From Lama guanicoe (taxonomy: Eukaryota), in NCBI GenBank assembly GCA_013239625.1, contig MU053379.1, forward strand, positions 3,268,866 to 3,332,865: 64,000 nt of DNA. The letters run 5' to 3'. Each line of letters begins with the position of its first letter. Position 1 is the stretch's first letter. The position numbers were made by a program, and so were the translations under genes. The notes below the pieces were generated by a model. It was not told the origin of the DNA. It was given only the letters and a program-made list of their open reading frames with translations, and did no database searches. Shown here one piece after another: positions 49,501 to 61,345 of the stretch.

Positions 49501-51169
49501 AAATGAAGAAATCCCCAAGTCAACCAGCTGGTGTCCCAGAGTTGTGAATGTCTTGTGTAAAGCCGAGTAGCTGCGGATTGCCACTAAATAATGACCATTT
49601 TCCAGTCAACGCGGAAAAGAGGCAGTGTGATATTTCAGAGGTGTTATTAAGTGTTTGCACATACCTGATAATTAAGAGACAAGATGCCGCTCGGTTCATC
49701 AGTATACCCTTAAAGTGCTCTGATTCTGTTCCGGTCAAAGGGTAGCTTAGTTACCTCAGGCCTTTGGTTATTTGTAGCTCTTAACCCAAGTTCTAATTTT
49801 CCACTGTTACTGGTTCAAATGGCATCTTTTAAAAACTAAGTTAATTTCAGTTATCATTTTTGCTTCCTGTGCTGGGAACGATTGGCTGTTTATAGTCCTT
49901 ATGGTATAATGACTGTGATGATTATTACTCACTTTATGTTTATAACACTTAATGCTTTAACTATTAAGCAAGGTGAGGCTGTTGAAATTATATAAGGAAT
50001 TTGAGTCAAATTTTATAGCCTATTCATGGTTCTGCATTTAGAGGTTTGTTTTATTTTTAAGGCAGTACAGATCTGTTACTTTGTGTATTCATTTTTCATT
50101 TTAAAAGTCGGTAGTTTACTCTAAGGCCTAGTTAGTAAATGCAGAGGCAAATAACTGGATTCAGAGGAAATGGCAGGAGAAGTATGGAAATCTACAATCT
50201 AGGCCAGGAGCGGCTGTGTGACCATGGGCAGGTCTTTCAGCTTCTCTGACCTGGTTCTTCACCAGAAATGAGGGGCGTTGAGTAATATATAAAGTAAAGC
50301 CTCAGATTTTTTTTTTCTCTAGTCGAGCAATGAGCTGTAAAGTAAAAAAGTTGAAAATGGTGAGCAATGTCTATCATCTGTGTCCTATTTGAGTGTTTGG
50401 ATATATCTTTTTGTTTGTTTGTGTTAACCAATTCCAGTGACCATAAGGACTGCGGTTCCTAAAACTCTCCAGTCATTTTAAAGGCTGCAACCCTGGGTGG
50501 TCACAGCTCCTTGACAGTCTGGACACACCCGGGTAGTGGGAGATAAAAACAACTTGCCCTGTCTTAGTCCTCTTAGAGGTGGGTCATTGCAGTGTTACCT
50601 GAGACAAAAACAGAATAACAAGTGGCTTGAAAGGAGAAAATTAAGCCCTGTGGCTGCTCTTTACAGACCACCCAGCTGTGTAAAACTTTGCAAGGTCCAG
50701 GTCAGGGCTAGAGGTGACTGAAACCAGGGCCTACAGGTACAGGTGCCAGGGCTGGGTGTTTAAAGATTCTGAAATAGAGATTTAAGATGTAGGAATTGCC
50801 AGCTGATCCTCCCAGTAAGCCTTTCTCTGGCCTTTTATTGGGGTAAATATCTTGTTTTGTCTTGATTTTAGAGTGGATATGAGAGTCAGCATTGGGACAC
50901 TGCGGTGTGGATATGGTTGGAAGGTGACCTGTGAGAGTTCATGAGATTGGCATCCTTTTGCCTGGAGTCAGAAGGCCATGATGATGTGTTTGTGATTTTT
51001 CAGTGTTTGAAGTGTCATAGTAGAGAAGTATGACCAGCAGATGCCTGTATGTACTCAAGGTAGAGCAGGAACAAAGAAGTTTTATGTTTATTATTGAGAA
51101 GAACTGCTGCTTGGGAGGTTACAGATTCCCGTAAAAACTGGTCCTTTTTCACTAGAGGTCAAAGGTGAT

Positions 51170-51520
51170 TTTTAAAATTACTTTAAAATAAGTTCAAGCT
51201 TGCAACAGAGAAGTTGCAAGTATTGAACAAAGACCTCTAATATTCCCCTCACCCAATTTCTCAACTCTTAACATTTTGTTACATCTTCTTTTTCCCTTTC
51301 AGTCTATCTGCCTGTCTATAAAAGCACTCGACTTTCCTGAACCATCTGAGAACTTCAGATACGATGCCCCGTCACTCCCAGAAACTCCAGTGTGTATTTC
51401 CAAAAAAATGAGGGTACTGCCTTACATGAGCACCATTTAACCGTTCTAGTCAGGAAACTAACATTGGTATCCCAACCCACAGACCCCCAGTCAGATTTCA
51501 CCAACTGTCCATGTCACCTC
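51170..51520 (-). mobile_element. L1M 3' UTR fragment
   Basis: acagagaagttgcaag..cccctcacccaattt..taacattttg..cctgaaccatctgaga. Confidence 0.65.
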
Positions 51521-52375
51521 CCAGGGGCTCTTTTGGAGACTGGGATGGCTTCCTGTTCAGCAGTTTTGCTCCCTAGCCCTTGGCTTCTGCTGCTGCCACC
51601 ACCTCTGCTGCCCAGTTCCCTCGCTTCTTGCCCAGGTTTGGTGTGCAGGTGTGCAGGTGTGCAGGTAAGCTCTGTCCTCCAGCTTACTACCAGTGCTCAC
51701 CTGGACATCACAGGCTAAATGCCCCAAATTTGAAGTAATGGTGTTAGGGGCCCTGGTCTCTGCTAACCATGAGCAAGGCCAGGTCTGCTTTTCAGAGGCC
51801 TCTTCCTAACACAGCACGTGCCCTGCCCAGGTCTGTCTGGTTGGAGCAGAGCCAGCCAGCAGTCTTCAGCCTGGGATGGATTTATGGAGGCTTTGTGTCT
51901 AGACCTGGTGGTACCCCATCGCTTTCAGAGATGTCTGGCCATATTGTATTTTGCATATTTATCTTGTTTATTGTCTCTTCTTCCCTCTAGAATGTCACTG
52001 CCGGAGGGTGCGGGCCTTGGTTAGCTTGTTCACCATATCAGTCAGTCTCCAGGCCTCGAACAGGGCCTAGATCTTCGTGGCCCTCAAGACATGATACTTG
52101 CTGAATGAATCAACCTGCTTCCCAGCCTTTTATACATTTCCCCGTTTCTTTGAGAATCCTGTTCCTTTTGCTGCATATTGGTATCCTTTTCGCTTTTTAG
52201 ACTTCCCTAGTGTTTTTGCATCTTGAGTTTCAAACACAGCTGGCATTTTCTGCTTCTTAGACCAGGGAAACTTTCTCACAAAGGTGTGATTTCAAAGGAG
52301 ATCATGTTCTAAATCTGACTGCCTGTTACTGATCAGTATGATTAATTCATAAAATATTTTCTTTGTGTATTATAG

Positions 52376-52438
52376 TGAAAAGAAGAGACTGGACCTGGAA
52401 AGGAAACTCTATGAATATAATCAATCTGACATATGCAG
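52376..52438 (+). CDS. KIZ: KIZ coding exon 2
   Basis: Acceptor ttttctttgtgtattatag, donor CAG|GTAAGA, 63 nt, phase 2-2. Encodes (S)EKKRLDLERKLYEYNQSDIC(R) versus recalled human SEKKRLDLEKKLYEYNQSDTCR. Confidence 0.97.
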
Positions 52439-52949
52439 GTAAGATATGACAGCAGAAAGTTTTAAAACCAATTTGCATATATTAATTAAAATTTAACTCT
52501 GATGTATGTTATAAATAACATAGTTGTAGTACTGTTACCATTCTCTTATTTCTAATGTGTAACTGTTTCAGGTAAACACTGCAACTTAATGTAATCAGCA
52601 TCAAAAGTAAGAATCAATTTGATTAAAGTATAAGGTAAAAATGATTGTATTTTCATTATTTGGTATTTGCATTATTATTTCAGGAGTCTGTTTTGCTTAG
52701 CTACCTTAAGAATGAGATGCACTGTAGTCTTACTTACCTTTTTGGTCACAATTTAAACACACTGGATCTGTGTGATAATTAAGGTGTAATTACTGTAGGT
52801 GACCTTCCAACAAACTGTTATAGACAGGGCTGCATGGGTGTCTCATTTGTGGGTGTATGACAATGACTTAAAACTGTTCTGAGCCGTGGATAGTATATGT
52901 GTTATCCTTTTAGGTTATTTACTCTAACATTGAGATCAAACGTAAAAAA

Positions 52950-53065
52950 AATTTTTTTTATTGAAGTATAGTTGATTTGCAATGTTAATTTCGAGTGTAC
53001 AGCAAAGTGATCCAGTTATACATGTACATACATACGTATTTTCTTTTCAGATTCTTTTCAATTAT
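52950..53065 (-). mobile_element. Short L1 3' end
   Basis: tttattgaagtatagttgattt..gtacagcaaagtgatccagttatacat..tttcagattctttt. Confidence 0.8.
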
Positions 53066-54794
53066 AAGAGCAAACTTTTAATTTTTTTTTGTGTTTTATG
53101 GAAACTGAACTTTATCCATAAGCCAAAAGTTACCACCTTTATTATTCACATGAAGGTTTTCTGGCTATGATAGAGTTAAGTTTGTGACTTAGCCATAGCG
53201 TAATATGAGTGCAAAATGAAAACCTGTCATCCAGAAGAGAGAGAAACCAAGAATACTGTAAGAGCAAATCACCCATCAGGCCCCTCTGTTTTCTCATCTT
53301 CAAAGTGATCCTTCGGTTGTAAGTTTGTGTCCATACTTCATGGTAGGCAGCTGTGTGTTCTGGTGGCTCTGGAAGAGACAGGAGGAGACAGCAGTGCTGG
53401 AGATGCTGTGGCCTCACAGGTGGGCCCAGAGCTGGAGGGTCCGTGGCGGTTGCCACCTTTCAAGCTCCCGACTGAAGGGATGGAAGGCGGAGTGCGGGCT
53501 TCTCCCGCAGCCTGCTCCTGGGGGGCTTCCTGGCATGGTGGTGATGGTGGTGGGCCAGGTGACGTGAGAGAGGACGAGGACCTTCACCAGGCTGCCATTC
53601 GCTGAGTTCGTCCTCTCTCAGCCTCTTGTTTCCTGGGAGACAGGGGTGTTTTTTTGCTAAAAGTAGGCTTCCTTTGACTGCCCGCAGGAGAAAACCCAGA
53701 CTGTCTGACAGGGCTGCCTCGGCCTGCTTCCCCCAGCAGGCAGCGCCTGAGACTGGATCTGGGCAGGTGGTAGCTTATTGTAGGAAGTGGTCACATAAGC
53801 CTGGAGACGGGGCTGGTCCCCACTGTGGGCCCCGGGGCTCCATCCGTCCGGACCTTCAGATGAGCCATGGAGACGCCGCCCTGCCCCTCATTAGTGTCCA
53901 TTCTGGGGCAGCAGGAGGGGGCTCCCTACCTGTTGGTTCCCGCCCCCCCGCCCCCGTGGTCAGGGCCACCTCAGGAGCTGATAACCCCTCTTCACATCCA
54001 GGCTTTCCCTGCTGCAGGCTCAGGAGAGCAGCCCCAGACAGGCTGGACAGCAGGTGCAGCCCATGCTTGTGCTGCTGGGAAGACAGGCTGAGCCGGGGGA
54101 ATGCGGGGAGCGCAGGAGAAGCCTGGCACAGTGGCTTTCCAGAGCCTCTGTTATCCGCCCCGGTTTAGTTTTCATCACTCCCATGTGAAAGACAGTACAC
54201 TGGGTTCCACCTCCATCACTGTCACTTGTGTCAGAAACGGCAGACGTGAGCTGCAGTAAACCCAGCCTTAAGGTTTTTGTTCAGGAGGAAAAATGGGGAC
54301 AGCTAACCAAGATCAGAATTATTAGCACAATAAAAAATTTCTTGACAATTACTGGCTTAGGGGTGGGAGTTGAAGGTATGTTGATTCATTTTTAACATTT
54401 CCAGCATCTTTGCAGATCTGTTTTTGAGGGTGAACATTTTGCAGTTTTCAACTTATTTTTGCTTGAAAAGAGAATGGTGAATAATTATTGAGCCAACAGT
54501 AGAAATGCTGCGTACCAGGCTCTTTTATGACTTAAATACTCGTGAAGGAGGAGGCGGCGGAGGAGCAGTGTTGGTTCTGCGGGGGGAGTGGACGGCACTG
54601 CTCAGCTGTCCGCTTGCTGGCTTTGACCCTGGGTTTGGATGAGAGTCTCCAAAGGTTTTCTCACAATTTGAGTAGAGTTACAGTCCATATATCGTAAAAT
54701 ATTTTAACACTTAGTATGTCATTGCAATTTCTAACAAAACTTTAAAATATCTAAGTGAGAGCTTTTAGGGCATTTTAAATTTCAAAATTTCTTG

Positions 54795-54927
54795 GCTTAT
54801 TTTTTTATTTTTGAGGGGGGAGGTAATTAGGTTTATTTATTTATTTTAATGGAGGTGCTGGGGATTGAACCCAGGACCTCGTTCATGCTAAGCACTGCAC
54901 TCTCCCATCGAACTATACCCTCCCCCC
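54795..54927 (-). mobile_element. Camelid-type tRNA SINE (long form) with perfect 13-bp TSD
   Basis: ggggggaggtaattaggttt..ggggattgaacccaggacctc..ctataccctcccc; TSD tcaaaatttcttg at 54782-54794 and 54928-54940. Confidence 0.92.
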
Positions 54928-55362
54928 TCAAAATTTCTTGATGTTTAGAGACTGTGGTTTATTGTTGAATTCTGTTTCTGTATGAGCAGGTGGTTTTGAA
55001 ATTGTCTGTCACGTAAAAGAATGTTAACAAGCTGTCCATCTGAACATGGCCACATAGTCACTGCTCTTGAAGTCACATTTAATTTTGAGAAAGAAATCCG
55101 TATAAATCTTTATGTGTGAATGGTATAATGTGGTTTTGTATCCGTTTCTCAGGAGAGTTATGCCTAGATGTGATACCTCAGTGATGCTGCATTAATTTCC
55201 TCTCTAAAAATGCACATGTACCCTTGTCCTTTAGGCTTCAGCATTTGGGTAAAATACCTTAGAATACCCTGTGTCATTAACAGTTTTGTTAAAGAAAATT
55301 CTCCTCTTTAGACTTCTTCAATTCTAACTCCATTGTGTAAAAATCTGCTTTTATTTTTCCAG

Positions 55363-55525
55363 AGTTAAGCTGAAGTATGTAAAACTAAAGAAATACCTGA
55401 AGGAAATATGTGAGTCAGAAAAGAGGGCGCGTACTCGGAACCAAGAATATTTAAAGCTGTTTGAGCAGGTCCAAGCTCATGCTGGGCACTTTGCCACAAA
55501 TGCAGAGAAGCTTCAAGAACTGAAG
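55363..55525 (+). CDS. KIZ: KIZ coding exon 3
   Basis: Acceptor ttttatttttccag, donor AAG|GTGACG, 163 nt. Encodes VKLKYVKLKKYLKEICESEKRARTRNQEYLKLFEQVQAHAGHFATNAEKLQELK. Exons 1-3 total 315 nt (105 codons) with no stop. Confidence 0.97.
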
Positions 55526-55729
55526 GTGACGTCTTGCTTTCGTACTATGGGGGTGGGTTTTGTGTTTTTTTGTTTTTTTTGTTTTTTGTTTTTTTTTTTT
55601 GCTAAAATTGGAAATTTAGCTGTAAGTTTCAGGTCCATGGCAGGCATTAATATTCAGTTGTTCATCCTTAAGATTAGCTGTCAGCTTTCTCTGGGAATTC
55701 ATTACCATGTGGCCGACTTTTTTTTTTAA

Positions 55730-56030
55730 TTGAAATTTTTATTGCAATAATTGTTAAGTCATACAAAGTTGTAGGAAATAGTACTGAGAGATCCCTTGTA
55801 TACCTTTGCCCAGTTTACCCCAAAGGTAACAGTTTGCAGGCTGTAGCATAATGTCACAGCCAGGATGTTGGCGTTGATACAATCCAGGAGTCTGACTCGG
55901 AGTGCCCCAGTTTCATCTATGTGTGTTTATGTTAGGTAGTATGCAGTTTTAGCAGCTGCAGGTTTGTGTATCTACCATCACAGTCAAGATACTGAACAGT
56001 TCTGAGACCAGAAGGGGCTCTTACATGATG
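55730..56030 (-). mobile_element. L1M 3' end
   Basis: gttgtaggaaatagtactgagagatccc..ttgcccagttt..aaggtaac..cagtcaagatactgaacagttc. Confidence 0.7.
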
Positions 56031-56351
56031 ATGTTTTAGCTGATATGAATGCTGACACCACAATACCCACTGACATGATATGGAAACATCACTGAATAAA
56101 GCTGTCAGATATTAGTATTTTAGTTGTTAAGGGGTTAGATGAAATAGCTTTCAGGGTTTTTTGTTTAAAATTTTTTATATATTCTTTTTTCACTTTTCTG
56201 CCTGAATCCACTGTTTATTCATTCAGTATCTAAATACGTATTTAGTGACTGTTGCGTGCTATGCACTGTAAGTACAAGGATTAAATAGATGTAGAACTCA
56301 AGGAGCTTGTACTCCCAATATGAAAGAAGCGTAGGGTGTTTAAGAAGAGTA

Positions 56352-56468
56352 GGGGAGGTTATAGCTCAAGTGGTAGATCACATGCTTAGCATGCACGAGG
56401 TCCTGGGTTCAATCCTCGTAACTCCTCCAAAAAATAAATCAGTAAACCTAATTACCCCCCCAAAAAAA
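56352..56468 (+). mobile_element. Camelid-type tRNA SINE (long form)
   Basis: ggggaggttatagctcaagtggtaga..catgcttagcatgcacgaggtcctgggttcaatcc..aaacctaattacccccc followed by an A tail. Confidence 0.9.
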
Positions 56469-57329
56469 GAGTCAGAAAAATGAGACTAACCATGAAAGAA
56501 CTTGAGTACAACACTAGGAAGAAGGATTTTTATCTTGCAAAATTGGGAGAGTTACTGAAACACAGCAGGTGTAACTGTCATGATAGCATTTGTATTTAGA
56601 GATATAGTTAGTAGCAACATGGAAGACAAATTGAAGGAAGGTAAGCTTTAGGGCAGAAGGATCAACCAAAGAGCTTTGTAAACTGTGTATCAGAAAGAAA
56701 TGGAAAAAACATGAAAATCCAGGTTCAGGCAGGAGCTGTAGGGTGGCAGCGGGTGGCAGACAGACCACGTGGCCAGCTTCTGCTCAGAGAACTTGAAAGT
56801 GCATTTTCTCAGACTTCTGCTTTAGTTGAGGAATTGCTGGAACACCTCTTCTTTGTTATATGACACAGGTAGTTAACTTAAACCGGCCTGGCCACTATGG
56901 CCCAGCGCCTGGCATGTGGTCTCTCTGGGCCTCGCGGCTGAATTTAAGCAGCATGAGGGTTCCCTCTAGGACCGCCTCCTTCCTTAGAGGGCTTTGCTTC
57001 TGTGGCCTGGGCGCCTCTGGCCTCTGTTCCCGGAGGCCGGGTTGGGCAGGAGGTGGGAGGCCAAGGAGGAGAACAGGGAGGGGAACCTGGGGGCTCTGCG
57101 ATCCAGAACCACCACCGCCATCCCTGCCCTCTGTGCCCGGGCTCCCCGTTGCCTTAGGCTGTGGGTCACCTCCTGCTACACAAGTTGTGCCGAGCGTGAA
57201 GGGCTGGGCTTGGTTGTCACCACTTGTGCTGTTCGGGGCTTGTGGCCCAAGTTAACCCCCCTGCGTCTGGTTACAGGACATGTTGGCTTCAGCACTTCCC
57301 TTACTTTTTTTCCTCTGTCAAAGTCTTCC

Positions 57330-59040
57330 CCAGCTTTTTATTATAAAATGTTAAAGTACACAGAAAAATTAAAAGAATTACTATAGTGAACATTCATGCT
57401 ACAGTCTGAATGCTTGTGTCCCCCTGCCTAAATTCAGATGTTGAAATCCTAACCTCCAAAAGTTTTGTTATTAGCAGGTGGGGCCTTTGAGAGGTGCGCA
57501 CGCTGTGAGGGTGGGGCTCTGGTGAGTGGGGTTAGTACCACATAATGGAGGCTGCAGAGAGCTCCTGGCCCCTTCCCCCATGAGAGCAGAGGGGGCAGTG
57601 GCTCATGACGTGGGTGGGGGCTCTCACCGGGAGGTAAGAGCCGGCACCTAGGTCTCGGACTTGCAGCCTCCAGAGCTGGGAGCGGCCCGTCTCAGCTGTG
57701 TGTGAGCCCTCCTGTCGGTGGGGGTTTGTAACAGCTGTAAATACTTTGCTGTATTTGCTTTGCCTGCGTGTATGTATTTTTTCTTGACCCATTGAAAGTA
57801 TGCTGCAGAAACCATGACATTTCCTCCCTAAAACCTTGAGTGTGGATCCCCTCAGAACAAGGGCGGTCTCCTCCATTGTCATAATACTATTGTCACACCT
57901 AAGAAAATGAGTAGTGATTTCATAATATTCTTTAATGTTGAGGCAATATTGCAGTTTCTCCAGTTCCCCCCAAAAGTCTCTATTTTTCCAGACCCAGAGC
58001 CAATGGGGGTTCACACATTACATTTGGTTATTTTTTTAAGTCTCTTAATCTAATTCAGTCTCTTGCCGCTTTTCTTTTTTTTTTTTTTTAATGACACTGG
58101 CTTTTGAAGAAGGCAGGCCAGTTGCCTGTAGAATGCTCATGTTATTTCTTTGAGACGTCATTAAACTTGTGTAGTGTCCCCCATATTTCCTGTAAACTGG
58201 GCATTCTGTCTAGACCAGCTCTGCCCAGTTGAGCTTTCTGTAGTGATGGAAATGTGCTGTCTGGACTGATGCTGTTAATACGGCAGCCACCAGCCGTGCG
58301 CGGCTGTTAAGCACTTAAATGTGGCTTGCGACCCTGAGGACTGAAGTTTTGATTTTGTGAGTGTTAATTAAAGCTAAATAACCACAACTGGGTCTACACG
58401 TGTCCTGCTGCACCTGTCAGGAGCGTTACGTCAGGCGGTCCTAAAGCGAGGCTGAGTTTGGTGCCGTGGTTAACATGGTGATCTCCAGTCTCTCTGTCGT
58501 AAGGCACCTTGTTTCCCTCTGTAAAGCAGTAAATTATCTGTAGCGTGGTGGTTTGATATCCTGGGAATACCTGTTCCTCAGCAGCCTTTTCCCTAGTGGT
58601 TTCAGGACCCTTAATGATGCCTGCGCCAGTTATAGTGGAGGTTGTGAAGCGCTGTTTGTTAATTCCATCTTCTGCATCTATTAGCTGGCGTTCTTCTGTA
58701 AAAAAGAGCTTTCTTTCCTTCTGTCATCTCTCTCTCTCTAATCACCATGGACTTGTGAATTTGTATTTAGTCAGTATATTGTAAATTACTGTAATTATTC
58801 TTTTGTTGTTTATATTTTCCCAAATTTTGCTAGTGAGAATCTCTTCAAATTAGCCCCTTTATCCTTTTGACATGACCCCATTAATTCTGAGCCTTCTTTG
58901 TTCTTGGGCACAATGTGTTCCAGGTTTACCTTATACTTCCGTGCCTCAGACATGAAAGTGGCCTCTTACCCAAGGAGCTGCAGTCCCTTTGAGTGGGTGA
59001 AGGTATTTAGAAACCAAGATCTGGAGGCTAGATGTGCCCA
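57330..59040 (-). mobile_element. Old L1M 3' region with nested MLT1A (about 57397-57740, +) and MER3 (about 58210-58395)
   Basis: L1M motifs; MLT1A start tgctacagtctgaatg..tgttgaaatcctaac..ggtggggcctttg; MER3 gatggaaatg..gcagccaccagcc..agcacttaaatgtggct. Confidence 0.65.
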
Positions 59041-60516
59041 AGGGGTAGTGAGTCTTGGTGACAGCACTCCACATTGCTTCTCTCAGTACTCAAGCAGAAT
59101 GCTTAGCTCAAAAGCAGTTATTATCAATATTGTAAACCTCTTTTCTTTTCAGAGGTTGCGCAGGGAAAATTAAAGTGGTGGACACAGCAGGGAATTTCTT
59201 CTTCCCAGTAAATAAAGGAAATAATAGAAGTTTTCCTCTTATTTTTCTTATTTTCTTATTGATGCTGTACTTAATTGTTTGTCGCATTATAACCAAATGT
59301 GAGAGGGAGCAATTTGAAAGGAAGCGTCATCCTTCGTAAATATTTGTATACTGAGAGCGCTTGTTGCATATGATAGGATGTGTTTAAAAACCTTATCATG
59401 AGCTGCTAAATAATGTCAGGGTGGGGAACCATTTTAAGGGAGAGAATGATAAACTAAATTTGTAGGACTATGTAAAGCTCTATTCATAAATATCATTCAA
59501 AAATTACATAGGTGTTTCTCTTTGAATTTTGGACAAGAAATGCCTTTAGAAAGAAATCTGCCGATGGCATAAAAGGGCAGATCATGTAGCAGCAGTCGGG
59601 AGGGATGTGTGTTCCGTGGAGAACTGTACTTTGGCTGTGACCCTGAGTCCGAGGCTGGATGCCTTACGTTCCCAAGAAACCAGACACTGATGCCCGTGAC
59701 ACCACTGACTCAGCAAGCCGTGGGTGAGTTGAGCATCCGAGCAGGCTTTGTCTCTGGTGTCTTCCTGCCTCTCCCTTTGTGCCAGCGTCCAGGCGTAGCC
59801 TTAGGGGTGCGGAGCCACCTGTCTCCCTCAATCCCACCCCACTTGGCTCTCAGGTCTTCATCTCTTTGCTGACTGACCTCAAGGAAGTCTTTAGGTGCCA
59901 GGTGTTCTGAACATACACTCCAAAATACCAGGGTATTTTCCCTTGAATAGAGTCCAGTGACTGCAGATGGACCTCTAACTGGTGAAATTCCAGAAAGTGA
60001 AGCCAAGTGAAGCAGTGCGAGAGAAGTGGGGGTTTTGCCCAAATTGTATGAACGTTCCTCCAGGAGCATTTGTGTTCAATAGCAGAGGCGTTCTGAAGAT
60101 ACAATGTCATTATTTAAAGATGTGGTTCTTACTGAATTTCGCCCTCTTTGTAGGATTAGAACCTCTTAATTATAGAATGTTGAGGTCTTTTAAAATGGGC
60201 TAAAAGCTTCGAAGCTCAATGGATTTTTTTGGATTTTATTTCTTATTTGGGGGCCTATAATTATTTTCAGGACTTTATAAGGATAGTGATGTCATGTAGT
60301 TTTGAAAGTACAGTTTTGTGGCTGTATTGCTACTAGTCGGATTGATAAAGAGGCTGAATAAACTCACTTCATGAATGTCAGCAGGAGTATCTTCACAGAG
60401 GTGAAGACTGTGCCCTTCTCTCCCTCCTCCTGCCCCCCACCCCCCGACTTAGCAGCGTTGGTGGAAGGGCCTCAGCTGGTTCTTAGAGCAGTTTTGCCGG
60501 GATGCCCTTTGCTCTA

Positions 60517-60870
60517 ATCTCAGGTTGGCGCTCTCCAGAGCTGACCCTGAGACAAGGGTTCCGATGTGAGGGGCCTGTTTGGGAAGGACAGGGATGCTGG
60601 TCGGCAGGTGGGGAGCGGAGACGGAGGATGGGTGGCAGAACAGGAGTGTTAAGTCGACCACCATGATCGGCGCCTGGCAGGTGGTTCAGAGCACCTGGGA
60701 CAGGCGTACAGGGTGCCTGAGCATCCCTGACTGAGGATGGGGGGGGGTGCTGACTGACCACATGCTCCTACAGGCAGGGTGGCCTCCTAGCTCCTGAGGA
60801 GCCGTGAGCACAGAGATAAGGGCGCTGGGCCGTGGGTCCTGTGTGGAGGGTCGCCAGCGGCTGCTTAGCC
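60517..60870 (-). mobile_element. ERVL LTR-like fragment
   Basis: tctcaggttgg..gctgaccctgagacaagggttc..tttgggaagg..gtggggagcggagac. Confidence 0.45.
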
Positions 60871-61109
60871 TTCCATGTTATGTGCCAGTGTGAGGCTGGC
60901 ATGCTGGGCACTCAGGCAGGGTCCCCAGGTCGGGAGGGTCATTGCCTGGTTACGCTTCTCCTATGCCTGAAATCCTCGAGTGCCTGGTCTTTTCGGGACA
61001 GAGCCCAGATGCTGGCCTCTGCCCGCACACCACCCCACGGCTTCAAAAACTTCTGACCATGCACACCAGCACACACATGCGGTCCTTCTGTCTCGCTCAC
61101 ACAGACTCG

Positions 61110-61345
61110 CAGCTGTTCCTGCTTCCTCTCCCCAGCCTGTCCCCGTCCACCTTCGCCCACCACCCCCATCCCTCCCTCCTGTCTCTGCTTGCTCCCCGAT
61201 TCCTGTCTCCCTCCCCATCTCCCCACCTGTCTCCTCCACATCCCCATCTCTTCCCCTCTCTCCCTCCCCCACGTTCTCCTCCACCCCCACGTTTTCCCCA
61301 CGATTCCCCCATCCCCCACCCCACATCCCCCCATGCTTCCGCCAC
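61110..61345. repeat. C-rich low-complexity tract
   Basis: Dense runs of CCCC interspersed with T/A; the minus strand is G-rich. Confidence 0.8.

Noticed and set aside
60054..60136. Duplicated 83-bp unit as an intronic C/D snoRNA pair
   Set aside because: It ends in CTGA but has no shared RUGAUGA C box or terminal stem in the duplicated part.
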